From: Candidatus Hydrogenedentota bacterium
GTDB lineage: Bacteria > Hydrogenedentota > Hydrogenedentia > Hydrogenedentales > GCA-2746185
Length of the DNA stretch: 64,000 nt
Direction: 5' to 3'
NCBI GenBank assembly: GCA_046583315.1
Contig: JAYGCN010000034.1
Coordinates: forward strand, 1 to 64,000
Shown piece by piece: positions 10,677 through 20,761 of this stretch; within the stretch, counting starts at the first letter, position 1, and the number at the start of each line of letters is the position of its first letter. The notes under the pieces are model-generated. The model made no database searches and had not been told where the DNA came from. It saw only the letters and a list, made by a program, of their open reading frames with translations. Position numbers and translations under genes: made by a program.

Positions 10677-10743
10677 TTACCTTTCTTTTAGAAAAAAGAA
10701 AGGCAAGACCAAAGAAAAGTCCTGCCGAACGGTAAATTGCCAG
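10677..10743 (-). repeat. Short palindromic dispersed element, copy 1
   Basis: Minus strand ...GGCAATTTACC...CTTTTCTTTGGTCTTGCCTTTCTTTTTTCTAAAAGAAAGGTAA; similar to 31916-31967. Confidence 0.55.
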
Positions 10744-10799
10744 ATGCTTTGCAGCTTCATTGGGTTGAATAATGGCTGCATGGGCATTACACTGCTCGA

Positions 10800-11579
10800 A
10801 TGAATTCACTTGCAAATAAAGTCGTGGTGATCATCGGCGGCACGAGTGGTATTGGCCTCTCCGCAGCAAAGGCGTGCATCGCTTCCGGGGCGAAGGTCGT
10901 CGCTACGGGCGTCGGAGACTCCGTCGATTCGGCGAAAAAGGAACTAGGCACCGATGCCGTGGTACTGGATGCGGATACCACTGATCCAGGCTCCTCTGAC
11001 AAAGCCATCTCCGTAGCCATCGACACCTTCGGCGGCTTCGATGCCCTATACCATGTCGCGGGTGGTAGCGGACGTCGCTTCGGTGATGGTAAACTCCATT
11101 CCGCCACGGACGAAGGAATCCAAAAAACGCTCGAACTCAATCTCACTTCCGTTCTTTATTCCAATCGTGCCGCCCTGCGCTATTTCATCGAAAACAAACA
11201 AACCGGGACCATCGTAAACCTCACTTCCGTACTCGCCTCCTCCCCCAGTCCCGAACACTTCGGCACCAGCGTCTATGCCACTGCCAAAGCAGGTATCATC
11301 GGTCTCACGAAGAACTTGGCGGCTAACTACGCATCCGCAAATATTCGCGTAAACGCAATTGCCGCTGGACTCGTCGACACACCCATGTCATCCCGCGCTC
11401 AAAGTGACGCGACCATCATGGATTACATCAAAAACAAACAACCTCTCGACGGTGGCCGCATCGGCACACCCGAAGACCTCGACGCATTGGTCGTTTACTT
11501 GCTCTCCTATGAATCTCGCATCGTCACCGGTCAAGTCATCGCTGTTGACGGCGGTTGGTCCGTCAGCGAAGGCCACTAA
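10800..11579 (+). CDS. SDR-family oxidoreductase
   Basis: GGTSGIG, YATAK, NIRVNAIA, VDGG. Confidence 0.92.
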   Translation: MNSLANKVVVIIGGTSGIGLSAAKACIASGAKVVATGVGDSVDSAKKELGTDAVVLDADTTDPGSSDKAISVAIDTFGGFDALYHVAGGSGRRFGDGKLHSATDEGIQKTLELNLTSVLYSNRAALRYFIENKQTGTIVNLTSVLASSPSPEHFGTSVYATAKAGIIGLTKNLAANYASANIRVNAIAAGLVDTPMSSRAQSDATIMDYIKNKQPLDGGRIGTPEDLDALVVYLLSYESRIVTGQVIAVDGGWSVSEGH

Positions 11580-11580
11580 G

Positions 11581-12486
11581 GTGCCGGACGAAGAGTATAT
11601 TCTCGGCGTTGATATCGGCGGCACGCAAATCAAGATCGTTCGTGTGACCGCACAAGGCGCGCTCTTCGATACCCATCACGTGGACACGAATGACGATATC
11701 AACGATTGGCCCAAGTATGTTCGAAACACTGTAAACGAAGTTACTGCGCTACATTCTCCACCGACGCGCATCGGCATCTGCGGTCCAGGTCTCGCGGCAC
11801 AGGACAACCGCTCCATCGCCTGGATGCAAGGTCGGATGAAATCGCTGCAAGGGGTTGACTGGACCGATATCTTTGAATCGGAGACGCTAATCACCGTGTT
11901 GAACGATGCCCATGCCGCACTGCTTGGCGAACGTTGGGTCGGTCCCGCTGCGGGGTTCCAAGATCTCATCATGCTCACCTTGGGCACCGGAGTTGGCGGT
12001 GCAATCATGGTAAACGGAGAAATATTACAAGGGGCCAGCGGTCGCGCAGGACATCTCGGCCATATCAGCCTCAATGTACATGGAGAATTGGATATCGTAA
12101 ATACACCCGGCAGCCTTGAAGACGCCATCGGCAATTGCACGATAGAAAAACGCAGCAACGGTCGCTTCACCTCTACCCACGATCTCGTCGATGCTCACGC
12201 GAAGGGAGACAAAGAAGCGACCCGCGTCTGGCTCGAATCAGTTCACCATCTCGCCTGCGCTCTGGTATCATTCATCAACATTGTCGATCCGGAAATCATC
12301 CTGCTCGGCGGCGGCATCGCGCGCACGGGCGAATTGTTACTCAGCCCATTACGCGAAGAAATGGACAAACTCGAATGGCGGCCCTTCGGTGAAGAGGTCT
12401 CCATCGTACTCGCAAGCCACGGCGATCTCGCAGGGGCCTACGGCGCAGCATATTTTGCACTTCATCACGGAAAGGAATCCACATGA
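11581..12486 (+). CDS. ROK-family sugar kinase
   Basis: GVDIGGT, NDAHAALLGE, LTLGTGVGG, AGHLGH; GTG start 1 bp after the SDR stop. Confidence 0.9.
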   Translation: MPDEEYILGVDIGGTQIKIVRVTAQGALFDTHHVDTNDDINDWPKYVRNTVNEVTALHSPPTRIGICGPGLAAQDNRSIAWMQGRMKSLQGVDWTDIFESETLITVLNDAHAALLGERWVGPAAGFQDLIMLTLGTGVGGAIMVNGEILQGASGRAGHLGHISLNVHGELDIVNTPGSLEDAIGNCTIEKRSNGRFTSTHDLVDAHAKGDKEATRVWLESVHHLACALVSFINIVDPEIILLGGGIARTGELLLSPLREEMDKLEWRPFGEEVSIVLASHGDLAGAYGAAYFALHHGKEST

Positions 12487-13268
12487 CGCCCAGTGAAGAC
12501 TATTTATCAAAATGTTCCGGCATATTGGAATCGGTTCAGGGGCAATCCAAAGGAATCCACCAAGCTGCCGACTGGTTCGCGGACACCATCCTCGCCGGAC
12601 GCATGGTTCATGTCTTCGGCTCCGGCCACAGCCGCATCATGGTCGAAGAAATGTGGCCGCGCTACGGCTCCTTCCCCGGCTTCAATCCCATCGTCGAACT
12701 CTCCCTCACCTTTCACAACCTCGTCGTCGGTGCCAACGGACAACGCCAGGCCATGTTTCTTGAAAACGTCTCAGGACTCGCCGAACGCATTCTCCGAAAC
12801 TTCGATCTCAGCGAAATCGACTCCGCCCTCATCATCTCCTCCAGCGGTTGCAACATCGTACCCATCGAAATGGCCGAGGGGTTTCAGAAAGCCGGCATCA
12901 AAGTCGTCTCCATCGTCACTCAGGCCCACTCGGATGCCTCGACATCGAAAGACCCGCGCGGCAAAAAGCTCACCGATTTCTCCGACCTCGTCCTCGATAC
13001 CGGGGCACCCTCGGGCGATGCAATGACTACCATAGACGGCCTCGAATCGCCCGTCGCGCCCGGCTCCTCGGTCGGCGGCTGCATGCTCATCAACGCCATC
13101 AAAGCCGAAGTCGCTGAACGACTCACTGCAGCAGGCCAACTCCCAAAAGTGCTCACCGCCGCCTGCAACGTCGGCACCGAAGAAGCCACTCGACTCTTTG
13201 AGGCCGCCTACGACGAACACGGACGCCGCCTCGCTAAACTTTATGAATCCCTCGGAGAAAACGAATGA
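12483..13268 (+). CDS. SIS-domain sugar isomerase-like protein
   Basis: VHVFGSGHS, IISSSG, VLDTGAP-GDA; ATGA overlap. Confidence 0.85.
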   Translation: MTPSEDYLSKCSGILESVQGQSKGIHQAADWFADTILAGRMVHVFGSGHSRIMVEEMWPRYGSFPGFNPIVELSLTFHNLVVGANGQRQAMFLENVSGLAERILRNFDLSEIDSALIISSSGCNIVPIEMAEGFQKAGIKVVSIVTQAHSDASTSKDPRGKKLTDFSDLVLDTGAPSGDAMTTIDGLESPVAPGSSVGGCMLINAIKAEVAERLTAAGQLPKVLTAACNVGTEEATRLFEAAYDEHGRRLAKLYESLGENE

Positions 13269-14308
13269 ACGAACGCCCCTTACGCACCACGGTCATCGGC
13301 AGCTACCCCTTCCCCGGCTGGCTCGAATACGCTACGGGAAATCTCGACGACTTCGGCTACGCTGACCTCGAGGAAATGATTGACGACGCGGTCACCGTAG
13401 CCATTGCAGACCAGACTCGCGCGGGACTCGATGTCATCACCGACGGCGAACAAACCCGCCTCGATTTCAACCTCTCCTTTTATGGCTTCCTCGAAGGCAT
13501 CGACCTCGAAGGTGCCTCCCCGCGACTCCACGGTCCCCCCGCGCACGATCAACGCGGCAAACACGAAATCACCGGAGACATCACAGCCCCTAACGGCCTC
13601 GGCACGGTCGAAGATTTCGAACGCTTCAAACGTCTCGCGCCCACAGGCGAAAACGCCCCAATCCGCAAAGCCAGCGTACCCGGCCCCTTCACCATGAGTG
13701 GTCGACTCCTGCCCAATGCGCAATACAAAGACCGCTACGCCATCACCGAAGCCCTCGTGCCCATCATCCGTCAAGAACTCGCCGATCTGCTCGAAGCAGG
13801 CTGCACGGAAATCACCGTCGATGAACCGTCCATGAGCTGTTATGGTTACAAAGAAGACACCAAACGTTTCGTAGATATCTACAACCGCACCGTCGAACCC
13901 ATCGTCGGCAAATGCAACCTATCGACCCATCTCTGCTTCGGTAATTTCAAGGGGCACGCAGTCGGCCGGCGAAAATACGCTCCCCTCTTCCCCGATTTCC
14001 TCGACATGCACGCAGACGAAGTCCACCTCGAAATGGCCAGTCGTGAATTCGCCGAGCTCGACGTCATCGCCGAGGTCGCCAAAACGAAACACGTCGCCAT
14101 CGGCATCGTCGATGTAAAAAGTTACTACATCGAATCCGTCGCGGACATCGTCGAGCGCGTCAAACGCTGCCTCGAACATGCCCCCGCCGAAAAACTCTCC
14201 TTCGCACCCGACTGCGGACTCAGCCAGACCGCGCGGTGGGCTGCAAAACAAAAAATGAACAACATGGTCGCGGGTGTGCACGAAGTACGCGCGGAGCTGA
14301 GCCTGTGA
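13265..14308 (+). CDS. Single-barrel cobalamin-independent methionine synthase-like (MetE C-terminal) Zn enzyme
   Basis: TTVIGSYP, GLDVITDGEQ-R, VDEP, HLCFGN...E...APDCG Zn ligands; no N-terminal barrel. Confidence 0.88.
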   Translation: MNERPLRTTVIGSYPFPGWLEYATGNLDDFGYADLEEMIDDAVTVAIADQTRAGLDVITDGEQTRLDFNLSFYGFLEGIDLEGASPRLHGPPAHDQRGKHEITGDITAPNGLGTVEDFERFKRLAPTGENAPIRKASVPGPFTMSGRLLPNAQYKDRYAITEALVPIIRQELADLLEAGCTEITVDEPSMSCYGYKEDTKRFVDIYNRTVEPIVGKCNLSTHLCFGNFKGHAVGRRKYAPLFPDFLDMHADEVHLEMASREFAELDVIAEVAKTKHVAIGIVDVKSYYIESVADIVERVKRCLEHAPAEKLSFAPDCGLSQTARWAAKQKMNNMVAGVHEVRAELSL

Positions 14309-15144
14309 TACCTCCTGCAAAAAAAGACGACGAACTTCTGATGGATATCGCCACCGCCCGCGAAGAAAAAGACGCCCTGCACATATGGTGGCTCGGACAA
14401 AGCGGCTTCCTCGTCGAATACAACGGTACCACTGTGCTCTTCGACCCCTACCTCTCCGATTCGCTCACCCGCAAATACGCCGACACCAATAAACCCCACG
14501 TCCGCATGACCGACCTCGTCGTTGACCCCGCCAAACTCACCGATATCGACGTCGTCACCTCCAGCCACAACCACACCGACCACCTCGACGCAGAAACCCT
14601 CAGTGCACTCTTCGACACCAACCCCGACATGGCCTTCGTCATTCCCGAAGCCAACCGCGCCTTCATCGCCGACCGACTTCAACGCGATGCAGACGCCCCC
14701 ATCGGACTCAACGACGGTCGATCCGCCAAGGTAAACGGAGTCGAATTCTTCGGCATCACCGCCGCCCACAACGAAATCTCCCGCGACGACCACGGCCACT
14801 CCCACTTCCTCGGCTATATCGCGAAAATCGGACCCTGGACCCTCTACCACTCCGGCGACACCCTTCTACACGACGGCCTCGAAGAACAACTCAACGCCTT
14901 CGACATCGATGTCGCCTTCCTGCCCATCAACGGCAACCTGCCCGAACGCCGCGTCGCCGGAAACCTCGACGGAGACGAAGCCGCACAACTCGCCCACGAC
15001 ATCGGCATCGCCCTCGTCATCCCCTGCCACTACGGCCTCTTCGAATTCAACACCGCGAGAACCGAACCCTTCGAACGAGCCTGCACCAAACTCGAACAAG
15101 AATATGAAATTCTGGAAAATGGCGAACGGGTGACCTTGGAGTGA
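14305..15144 (+). CDS. MBL-fold metallohydrolase (UlaG/lactonase-like)
   Basis: WLGQSGF, SHNHTDHLD, AHN, YHSGDT, IPCHY; GTGA overlap. Confidence 0.88.
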   Translation: MIPPAKKDDELLMDIATAREEKDALHIWWLGQSGFLVEYNGTTVLFDPYLSDSLTRKYADTNKPHVRMTDLVVDPAKLTDIDVVTSSHNHTDHLDAETLSALFDTNPDMAFVIPEANRAFIADRLQRDADAPIGLNDGRSAKVNGVEFFGITAAHNEISRDDHGHSHFLGYIAKIGPWTLYHSGDTLLHDGLEEQLNAFDIDVAFLPINGNLPERRVAGNLDGDEAAQLAHDIGIALVIPCHYGLFEFNTARTEPFERACTKLEQEYEILENGERVTLE

Positions 15145-15253
15145 CTAGAGTCCTTCATGAGATAAATAATATGGAGCTGGGATTGAATATATTGCTAGCT
15201 AGTTTTGTATTCTTTGCGTCATCAGAACCTAACCCTTAAACGGAGACTCGAGC

Positions 15254-15667
15254 ATGACAGAAATTTTCATTGTTTCGCTTGCGGCTGTGGTTTTTATATC
15301 CTTTCCTATACTCATCATCTGGTACATAGTGCGCTTTCGAAGGAAACTCACTCTGTTTCGCACTCGTTTGGAAATGGAATCCGGGAACAATCCAGTATAT
15401 GAATCCGATAATGCCATTTACCGGCCAGCTAACATCCGTATTTCAGTATATGAGACATTCTGTGTCTGTTACGGTGAAGCTTTCGAATACACAGCTATAC
15501 GAGAAATTGTCATGCAGAAACTCTTAGGGTCAGTCATAGTAACTCTAAGGTTTCGTAAACGAAATCCAGATTTCACATACATACTCATGTCAAACACAGA
15601 TTTGGCCAAAAAGTATATCGATTATATACTTCTACAAACGCCCTCAATCGTGCTCAAACATATTTGA
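15254..15667 (+). CDS. Hypothetical AT-rich protein with N-terminal TM helix
   Basis: 137-aa ORF filling the gap; GGAG RBS; visibly more AT-rich than neighbours. Confidence 0.5.
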   Translation: MTEIFIVSLAAVVFISFPILIIWYIVRFRRKLTLFRTRLEMESGNNPVYESDNAIYRPANIRISVYETFCVCYGEAFEYTAIREIVMQKLLGSVIVTLRFRKRNPDFTYILMSNTDLAKKYIDYILLQTPSIVLKHI

Positions 15668-15694
15668 GCACACAGCAACAAAAGGAGCCGAACC

Positions 15695-16504
15695 ATGAAC
15701 ACATACAAAGACACCACCGCCCTCATCACGGGCGCATCATCCGGAATCGGCGAGGAATTCGCGAAGTTGCTTGCGAAGGTCGGAGCCAATCTCATCCTTA
15801 CGGCGCGATCGACCGACAAACTGGAGGCCTTGCAGAAATCGTTGAGCGACGCGCACTCGGTCAAGGTCGATGTCATCAGCGAGGACTTGAGCCAGCCGGG
15901 TGCCGCGACGAAACTGCACCAGGAAATCGTGACTCGCGGGCTGCATGTCGACCTGCTCATCAACAACGCCGGCTTCGGCAAGTGGGGCATGTTTCTCGAC
16001 TTCGATACCGACTGTTACAACGAGATGCTCAACCTCAACATCAATTCCCTCATCGAACTCTCGCACCTTTGCTTGCCCGCCATGCTCGAAAAAGGAGACG
16101 GCGGCATCATCAACGTCGCCTCCACCGGAGCCTTCGTCCCCTTGCCCTATTCCGCCGTCTACGCCGCCACCAAAGCCTGCGTACTCAGCTTCTCCGAAGG
16201 ACTCTACGGAGAATGCCAGGGAAAAGGCGTTCACGTGATGGCCCTATGCCCCGGCGGCACCGAAACAGCATTCGCCTCCGTCGCCAACGACTCCGTAGAT
16301 CTCTCAGGCGCGAAATGGGACTCCGCCGAATCCGTCGCGCAAGATGGCCTGGACCAATTCTTGAACGGAAGATCCTGTTACATCTGCGGCAAGAATGGCA
16401 ACGCCGCTTTCCTCCCGCGAATCCTCAGCCGCGAACGCGTCATCAAAACCACCAAAAAAATGTGGGGCGGCATGCTCAAAGATCGCGGAATGAAAATTGA
16501 TTAA
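15695..16504 (+). CDS. SDR-family oxidoreductase
   Basis: ITGASSGIG, NNAGFG, YAATK; AAGGAG RBS. Confidence 0.92.
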   Translation: MNTYKDTTALITGASSGIGEEFAKLLAKVGANLILTARSTDKLEALQKSLSDAHSVKVDVISEDLSQPGAATKLHQEIVTRGLHVDLLINNAGFGKWGMFLDFDTDCYNEMLNLNINSLIELSHLCLPAMLEKGDGGIINVASTGAFVPLPYSAVYAATKACVLSFSEGLYGECQGKGVHVMALCPGGTETAFASVANDSVDLSGAKWDSAESVAQDGLDQFLNGRSCYICGKNGNAAFLPRILSRERVIKTTKKMWGGMLKDRGMKID

Positions 16505-16618
16505 GTTGTTTAACATAAATAACTTACGACAATATTCGTCAACTGAATACCTATTGTTTCCCGAGCCCGCTTTGGCTCAACACGCAACACATCGCCCAGT
16601 AGTTAGATTGGGGACACG

Positions 16619-17011
16619 ATGACTATCAATACCATCTCGGCGTGGGTCGCCATATCGGGCTTCACGCTCATGACCGTGTTTCAACTGGCCCTGGCTGCCG
16701 GAGCACCATTGGGTGAAGCCGCCTGGGGAGGGCAACACCGTGTCCTGCCAACGAAACTACGCATCGGGAGTGCCGTATCCGTCGGAATCTTCCTCCTCGG
16801 AATCGCCTGCGTCCTCGAAACGGCTCACATCGCGACCGTACTCAACGCCCCCGCATTGTGCCGGGTGGTGGTCTGGGGCCTAACAGGATTAACCGCCCTG
16901 AGCACCGTGGGCAACGCGATGTCTACCAGCAAACTCGAGCGCGCCATCATGACAGCAGCCTGCCTGACCATGACAGCAGCCTGCCTGACCATGTTGCTCA
17001 CCTCCAAGTGA
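16619..17011 (+). CDS. Small four-TM membrane protein
   Basis: FQLALAAGAPLGEAAWGGQHRVLP-LR conserved-looking motif; hydrophobic helices. Confidence 0.7.
   Translation: MTINTISAWVAISGFTLMTVFQLALAAGAPLGEAAWGGQHRVLPTKLRIGSAVSVGIFLLGIACVLETAHIATVLNAPALCRVVVWGLTGLTALSTVGNAMSTSKLERAIMTAACLTMTAACLTMLLTSK
16948..16993 (+). repeat. Perfect 21-bp in-frame tandem duplication
   Basis: (CATGACAGCAGCCTGCCTGAC)x2+CATG, giving MTAACLT MTAACLT. Confidence 0.9.
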
Positions 17012-17069
17012 CAGCGAATCAGAATATTAATTTGGGATTTCATATGACTAAATGCGCGAAGGCAGGCGA

Positions 17070-18173
17070 ATGAATACACGAGTCATCGGATTCGACCTCG
17101 CCAGAGCCTTGGCTATATTCGGCATGGTGCTCGTAAACTTCAAGGTTGTCATGGGCGCGAGCACCAACGGGAGTGACTGGCTGATTTTCACGATGGGACT
17201 GTTGGACGGTCGCGCGGCGGCTACTTTTGTCGTTCTTGCCGGCATCGGAATTTCATTGTTGTCCAAATCCGCACGCGACAGCGGCGACCCGGTGCGACTC
17301 CGACAAACGCGCACTACCCTGCTCAAACGTGCCCTCTTTCTTTTCGTGCTCGGCTCCCTCTACACCTCCATCTGGCCCGCAGACATCCTGCATTTCTACG
17401 GCATATACATTGCCATTGCTGCTTTTCTTTTTGCCGCACCCACGCGCCGACTCTGGGCCATCGCAGTGTCACTCACATTCGGCTTCGTAGTGCTCGTGCT
17501 GACCCTAGACTACGAAAAAGGCTGGGATTTCGAGACGCTGGAGTACGCGGGTCTCTGGACACCCTCCGGGATGATCCGCCATCTCTTTTTCAACGGCTTC
17601 CACCCGACCATTCCCTGGTTAGCCTTCTTGTTGGTCGGAATCATACTGGGCCGACTCAACTGGAATAATTCAGAGATGCGGCGTCGAATATTCGTGATCG
17701 GCGCAAGTGTCGCCCTCATCACCGAAGCAACGAGCGCCGCCTTGGTCGCCGTTGTGTCACCGGGCTCAACCGGTGAAGAACTGGAAATTATCACGGCTCT
17801 ATTCGGAACCGCACCGATGCCTCCGATGCCCCAATACATCCTCGCCGGTACAGGAACCGCGTGCGCGCTCATCGCAGTCTGCGTTTCGATAGGGCAGCGT
17901 TTCCCTGATGCAGCGTGGTTACGTCCCTTCGTTTCAACCGGCCAAATCGCCCTAACCCTCTATGTCGCCCACGTCTTTATCGGAATGGCCACACTCGAAA
18001 CGCTCGGCCGACTCGAAGACCAACCACTTCCCTTTTCTGTATTGGCATCATTCCTATTTTGTGCCTTCGGAGTTGCATTCGCCTGGCTCTGGCGCCTACG
18101 CTTTTCGAGAGGCCCCATCGAACTTGCTATGCGAAAAATTACGGAGGTGAACGCGCGAAATACTATCGACTAA
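17070..18173 (+). CDS. DUF418/HGSNAT-like multi-pass membrane protein
   Basis: RVIGFDLARALAIFGM, GRAAATF, DILHFYG, GQIALTLYVAH, RGPIE. Confidence 0.85.
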   Translation: MNTRVIGFDLARALAIFGMVLVNFKVVMGASTNGSDWLIFTMGLLDGRAAATFVVLAGIGISLLSKSARDSGDPVRLRQTRTTLLKRALFLFVLGSLYTSIWPADILHFYGIYIAIAAFLFAAPTRRLWAIAVSLTFGFVVLVLTLDYEKGWDFETLEYAGLWTPSGMIRHLFFNGFHPTIPWLAFLLVGIILGRLNWNNSEMRRRIFVIGASVALITEATSAALVAVVSPGSTGEELEIITALFGTAPMPPMPQYILAGTGTACALIAVCVSIGQRFPDAAWLRPFVSTGQIALTLYVAHVFIGMATLETLGRLEDQPLPFSVLASFLFCAFGVAFAWLWRLRFSRGPIELAMRKITEVNARNTID

Positions 18174-18218
18174 ACGATCACGATGCAAGGTTTTCCAAGT
18201 ATTGAGCGAAGATTGATC

Positions 18219-19925
18219 CTACTTCATCTTATACATCTCGTAGGTTTGCGGCCCCGTCACACCGAAGCAATAGGGCAACGAGGCGTAGGGAAGACCATAG
18301 AATCCGGCACCCGTATCGTCATCAAAAATCGAAATCCACGGCGCGCCGCTCATTTGGTAAACCTTCGACTCCAAAGCCCGTTCTTCCGGAATCTTGTTCG
18401 TAAGACGACGCTGATCCCAGATCAGAATCACGTCACCGGCTTCGATAGGTTCCAGCGCAACGTTCACCGCCTCAAAATATCCTGGATCGCCCAACTCCCC
18501 CGTGATTTCAGAAAAATCCATGGGAGCGTATCCCGCTTCGTGCATGTAATACTGAAACCCAAGGTGCCCGTCATACCATACCGTACCCGACACTCCGCTC
18601 ACCTCCGCATCAACCTGTTCCGCGAATTCCCGCGCCGTGCCCGCAAAACGATAGTCTCCCAACGTGACCAAGAGAGAGAGCACGCCTGCCACACATAGGG
18701 GCACGCCCAATCCCACGCGCCCCCAACGTACACCCCCCGATAAATCGATGCGGCGCACCACCAGAATGCCCACCGCAGGTACCATAGGCAGTAACGAGCG
18801 CGCATTCACCACCCAGTTCACGAAGCCTGAGAATATGAAAATGCCACCCACCAACAACAGCAGCGTGAGAGACTCAGCATTTCGTTCCCGCCACAGATCG
18901 GAAAAGGCCAGTATGAAAAGATAGATGCCACCCGTGGCATAGAGTACGACCTGAAAAGCGAATCCCAGACGTATTCCATCGTCGTTGTACATCGCGTAGG
19001 CATCGTCAAATCCGCCCATGACGAACATCGCTGTCGCAAGCACGAAGAACACACCCAACACGAACAACCCGAGACGCCGTCCTTTCGTAAACGGTAGAAA
19101 CAACAACGCCGACAGATAACATCCCCCCGCGAAACTCAGCGGCACAATCACACTCTGCATCAATGTGCCGTGCGATGCATGCGACGTATGATACGTACTG
19201 TACAAAATTATCTCGCGAATAAAACTTTTCTCATACTGGATATACGCCACGAGATCATACGCGGCCAGCATCAGACACGGCACAAAAAACCAGAATAATT
19301 TGAGAGATGTTTTTCGTTCGCGCACGATCGTATACGCCACTAACAACGGCAACACCGTCACCGCAATAAACTTGACCATCACTCCAGCGCCAATCAAGAA
19401 TACCGACGCGAACAAGTGCCCCTTCTTGCCCGAATCCAGTCCCCGCACCCAATACACCATTGCCCACACATAACACGCCAGCATCATGGGCTCACACATC
19501 ACGTTCGAAGACGACACCAGAAACCCCGGTGTCAAAACCGCAATACCCGTCGCCAAGAGAGGCCGTCCACACAGACATTCCGCCAACCGATAGATCCCCA
19601 ATGCCGCCAACGATGCAGGCAAGAGCATCGCTACGTGCATCACCGGTTCACTCCATCCAAAAATGAGCGCCACCACCGCCAAATAATACGAAAGCCCCGG
19701 CGGATTCTGATTAAACGCGTAGACCCACTCAGACCGTCCCGTCCAATTCATCTCGAATCCATAAAAATCCAGGGGGTGCGCGAGAATCTGCTCAGCGATC
19801 AGCAGATACACCGTGTCATCAATGTGATAAGCCTTGTTGATGAACGGCAGCAATAAAACGACCGGCAACAGCGCGGCTACCCAGGCTTCCCATGGCGCGC
19901 GCGCATCTTCTACCGAATCACTCAC
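18219..19925 (-). CDS. GT-C fold (ArnT/PMT-like) membrane glycosyltransferase
   Basis: Acidic first loop HIDD, NPPGLSYY, many TM helices, MCEP, VKF. Confidence 0.75.
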   Translation of the reverse strand: MSDSVEDARAPWEAWVAALLPVVLLLPFINKAYHIDDTVYLLIAEQILAHPLDFYGFEMNWTGRSEWVYAFNQNPPGLSYYLAVVALIFGWSEPVMHVAMLLPASLAALGIYRLAECLCGRPLLATGIAVLTPGFLVSSSNVMCEPMMLACYVWAMVYWVRGLDSGKKGHLFASVFLIGAGVMVKFIAVTVLPLLVAYTIVRERKTSLKLFWFFVPCLMLAAYDLVAYIQYEKSFIREIILYSTYHTSHASHGTLMQSVIVPLSFAGGCYLSALLFLPFTKGRRLGLFVLGVFFVLATAMFVMGGFDDAYAMYNDDGIRLGFAFQVVLYATGGIYLFILAFSDLWRERNAESLTLLLLVGGIFIFSGFVNWVVNARSLLPMVPAVGILVVRRIDLSGGVRWGRVGLGVPLCVAGVLSLLVTLGDYRFAGTAREFAEQVDAEVSGVSGTVWYDGHLGFQYYMHEAGYAPMDFSEITGELGDPGYFEAVNVALEPIEAGDVILIWDQRRLTNKIPEERALESKVYQMSGAPWISIFDDDTGAGFYGLPYASLPYCFGVTGPQTYEMYKMK

Positions 19926-20761
19926 TTCGCATCCAGCGCCAAACGGCTATCTTTGGAGTCTCCTAGCAACACGCGCGCCTTGGCACGTTCAACATACAGT
20001 TGCCGATTCGGACGCGCCCTATCAAGACGACGCTCCAACTCCTCCAGCGCCGCTTCTGCATCCGCATGCTGATTCGCGTATTCACCCATCGCGCGATACG
20101 TCTCCGCACGACGCAATAGCCACTCTGCTTTGTAACGCCCCCTGCCTAAATGCGAATTGATCCGTTCCAACGCCTCCTCGAATTTCTCAGCATCCCTCAA
20201 GGCGTCGATCAATTCCGATTCCAACACCACTGCCGAGTTATCCGAGTACGCCTTACGCAAATCATCAACACGCGCATCTATCTCGCCCAATTCGTTCTGA
20301 ATCCGACTCCATAACAACACACAACCAAGGTCTTGTCGTCCGGCAACACTGATTTTCGAAACAGAGATCCGCGCTGAATTCCAATCCCCTTCAATCGCGT
20401 GAGACTCCGCGCGCAACCGGTAGAATTCATTGCAAAAGTCGACATCCGAAGTTCTATTCAAACCCGACTCAATGACATTGAATGCCTCATGTATTTGCTC
20501 ACGATGAACAAACATCTGCGCCAAAGCGATGTACGCGGGCACGTATTCCGGGCTCAACTCCAAAGCCGCACGCAAATCCTGCTCAGCGCGAAGATGATCG
20601 CCGACTACGCGATATTCGAGTCCACGGTCCACCAGCAATCGCGCCTTCGCCTCCTCTTCAATTCGATGGGTCAAGGCATCAATCACGTCATTTGGCGAAT
20701 CATGACCATAAGTCACGCCAGCAGTGAGTAGCATCATTATGCAAATCGCGTATCGCTGCAT
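19922..20761 (-). CDS. Secreted TPR-repeat protein
   Basis: Signal peptide then HDSP; TPR-like helices (AEQDLRAALELSPEY). Confidence 0.8.
   Translation of the reverse strand: MQRYAICIMMLLTAGVTYGHDSPNDVIDALTHRIEEEAKARLLVDRGLEYRVVGDHLRAEQDLRAALELSPEYVPAYIALAQMFVHREQIHEAFNVIESGLNRTSDVDFCNEFYRLRAESHAIEGDWNSARISVSKISVAGRQDLGCVLLWSRIQNELGEIDARVDDLRKAYSDNSAVVLESELIDALRDAEKFEEALERINSHLGRGRYKAEWLLRRAETYRAMGEYANQHADAEAALEELERRLDRARPNRQLYVERAKARVLLGDSKDSRLALDAK

Noticed and set aside
13265..14308. Calling the gene metE
   Set aside because: Half the length of MetE, no N-terminal barrel, and no Met-pathway context
15664..16500. 278-aa Arg/His-rich ORF overlapping the SDR
   Set aside because: Alternative frame; the SDR frame has the RBS and the motifs
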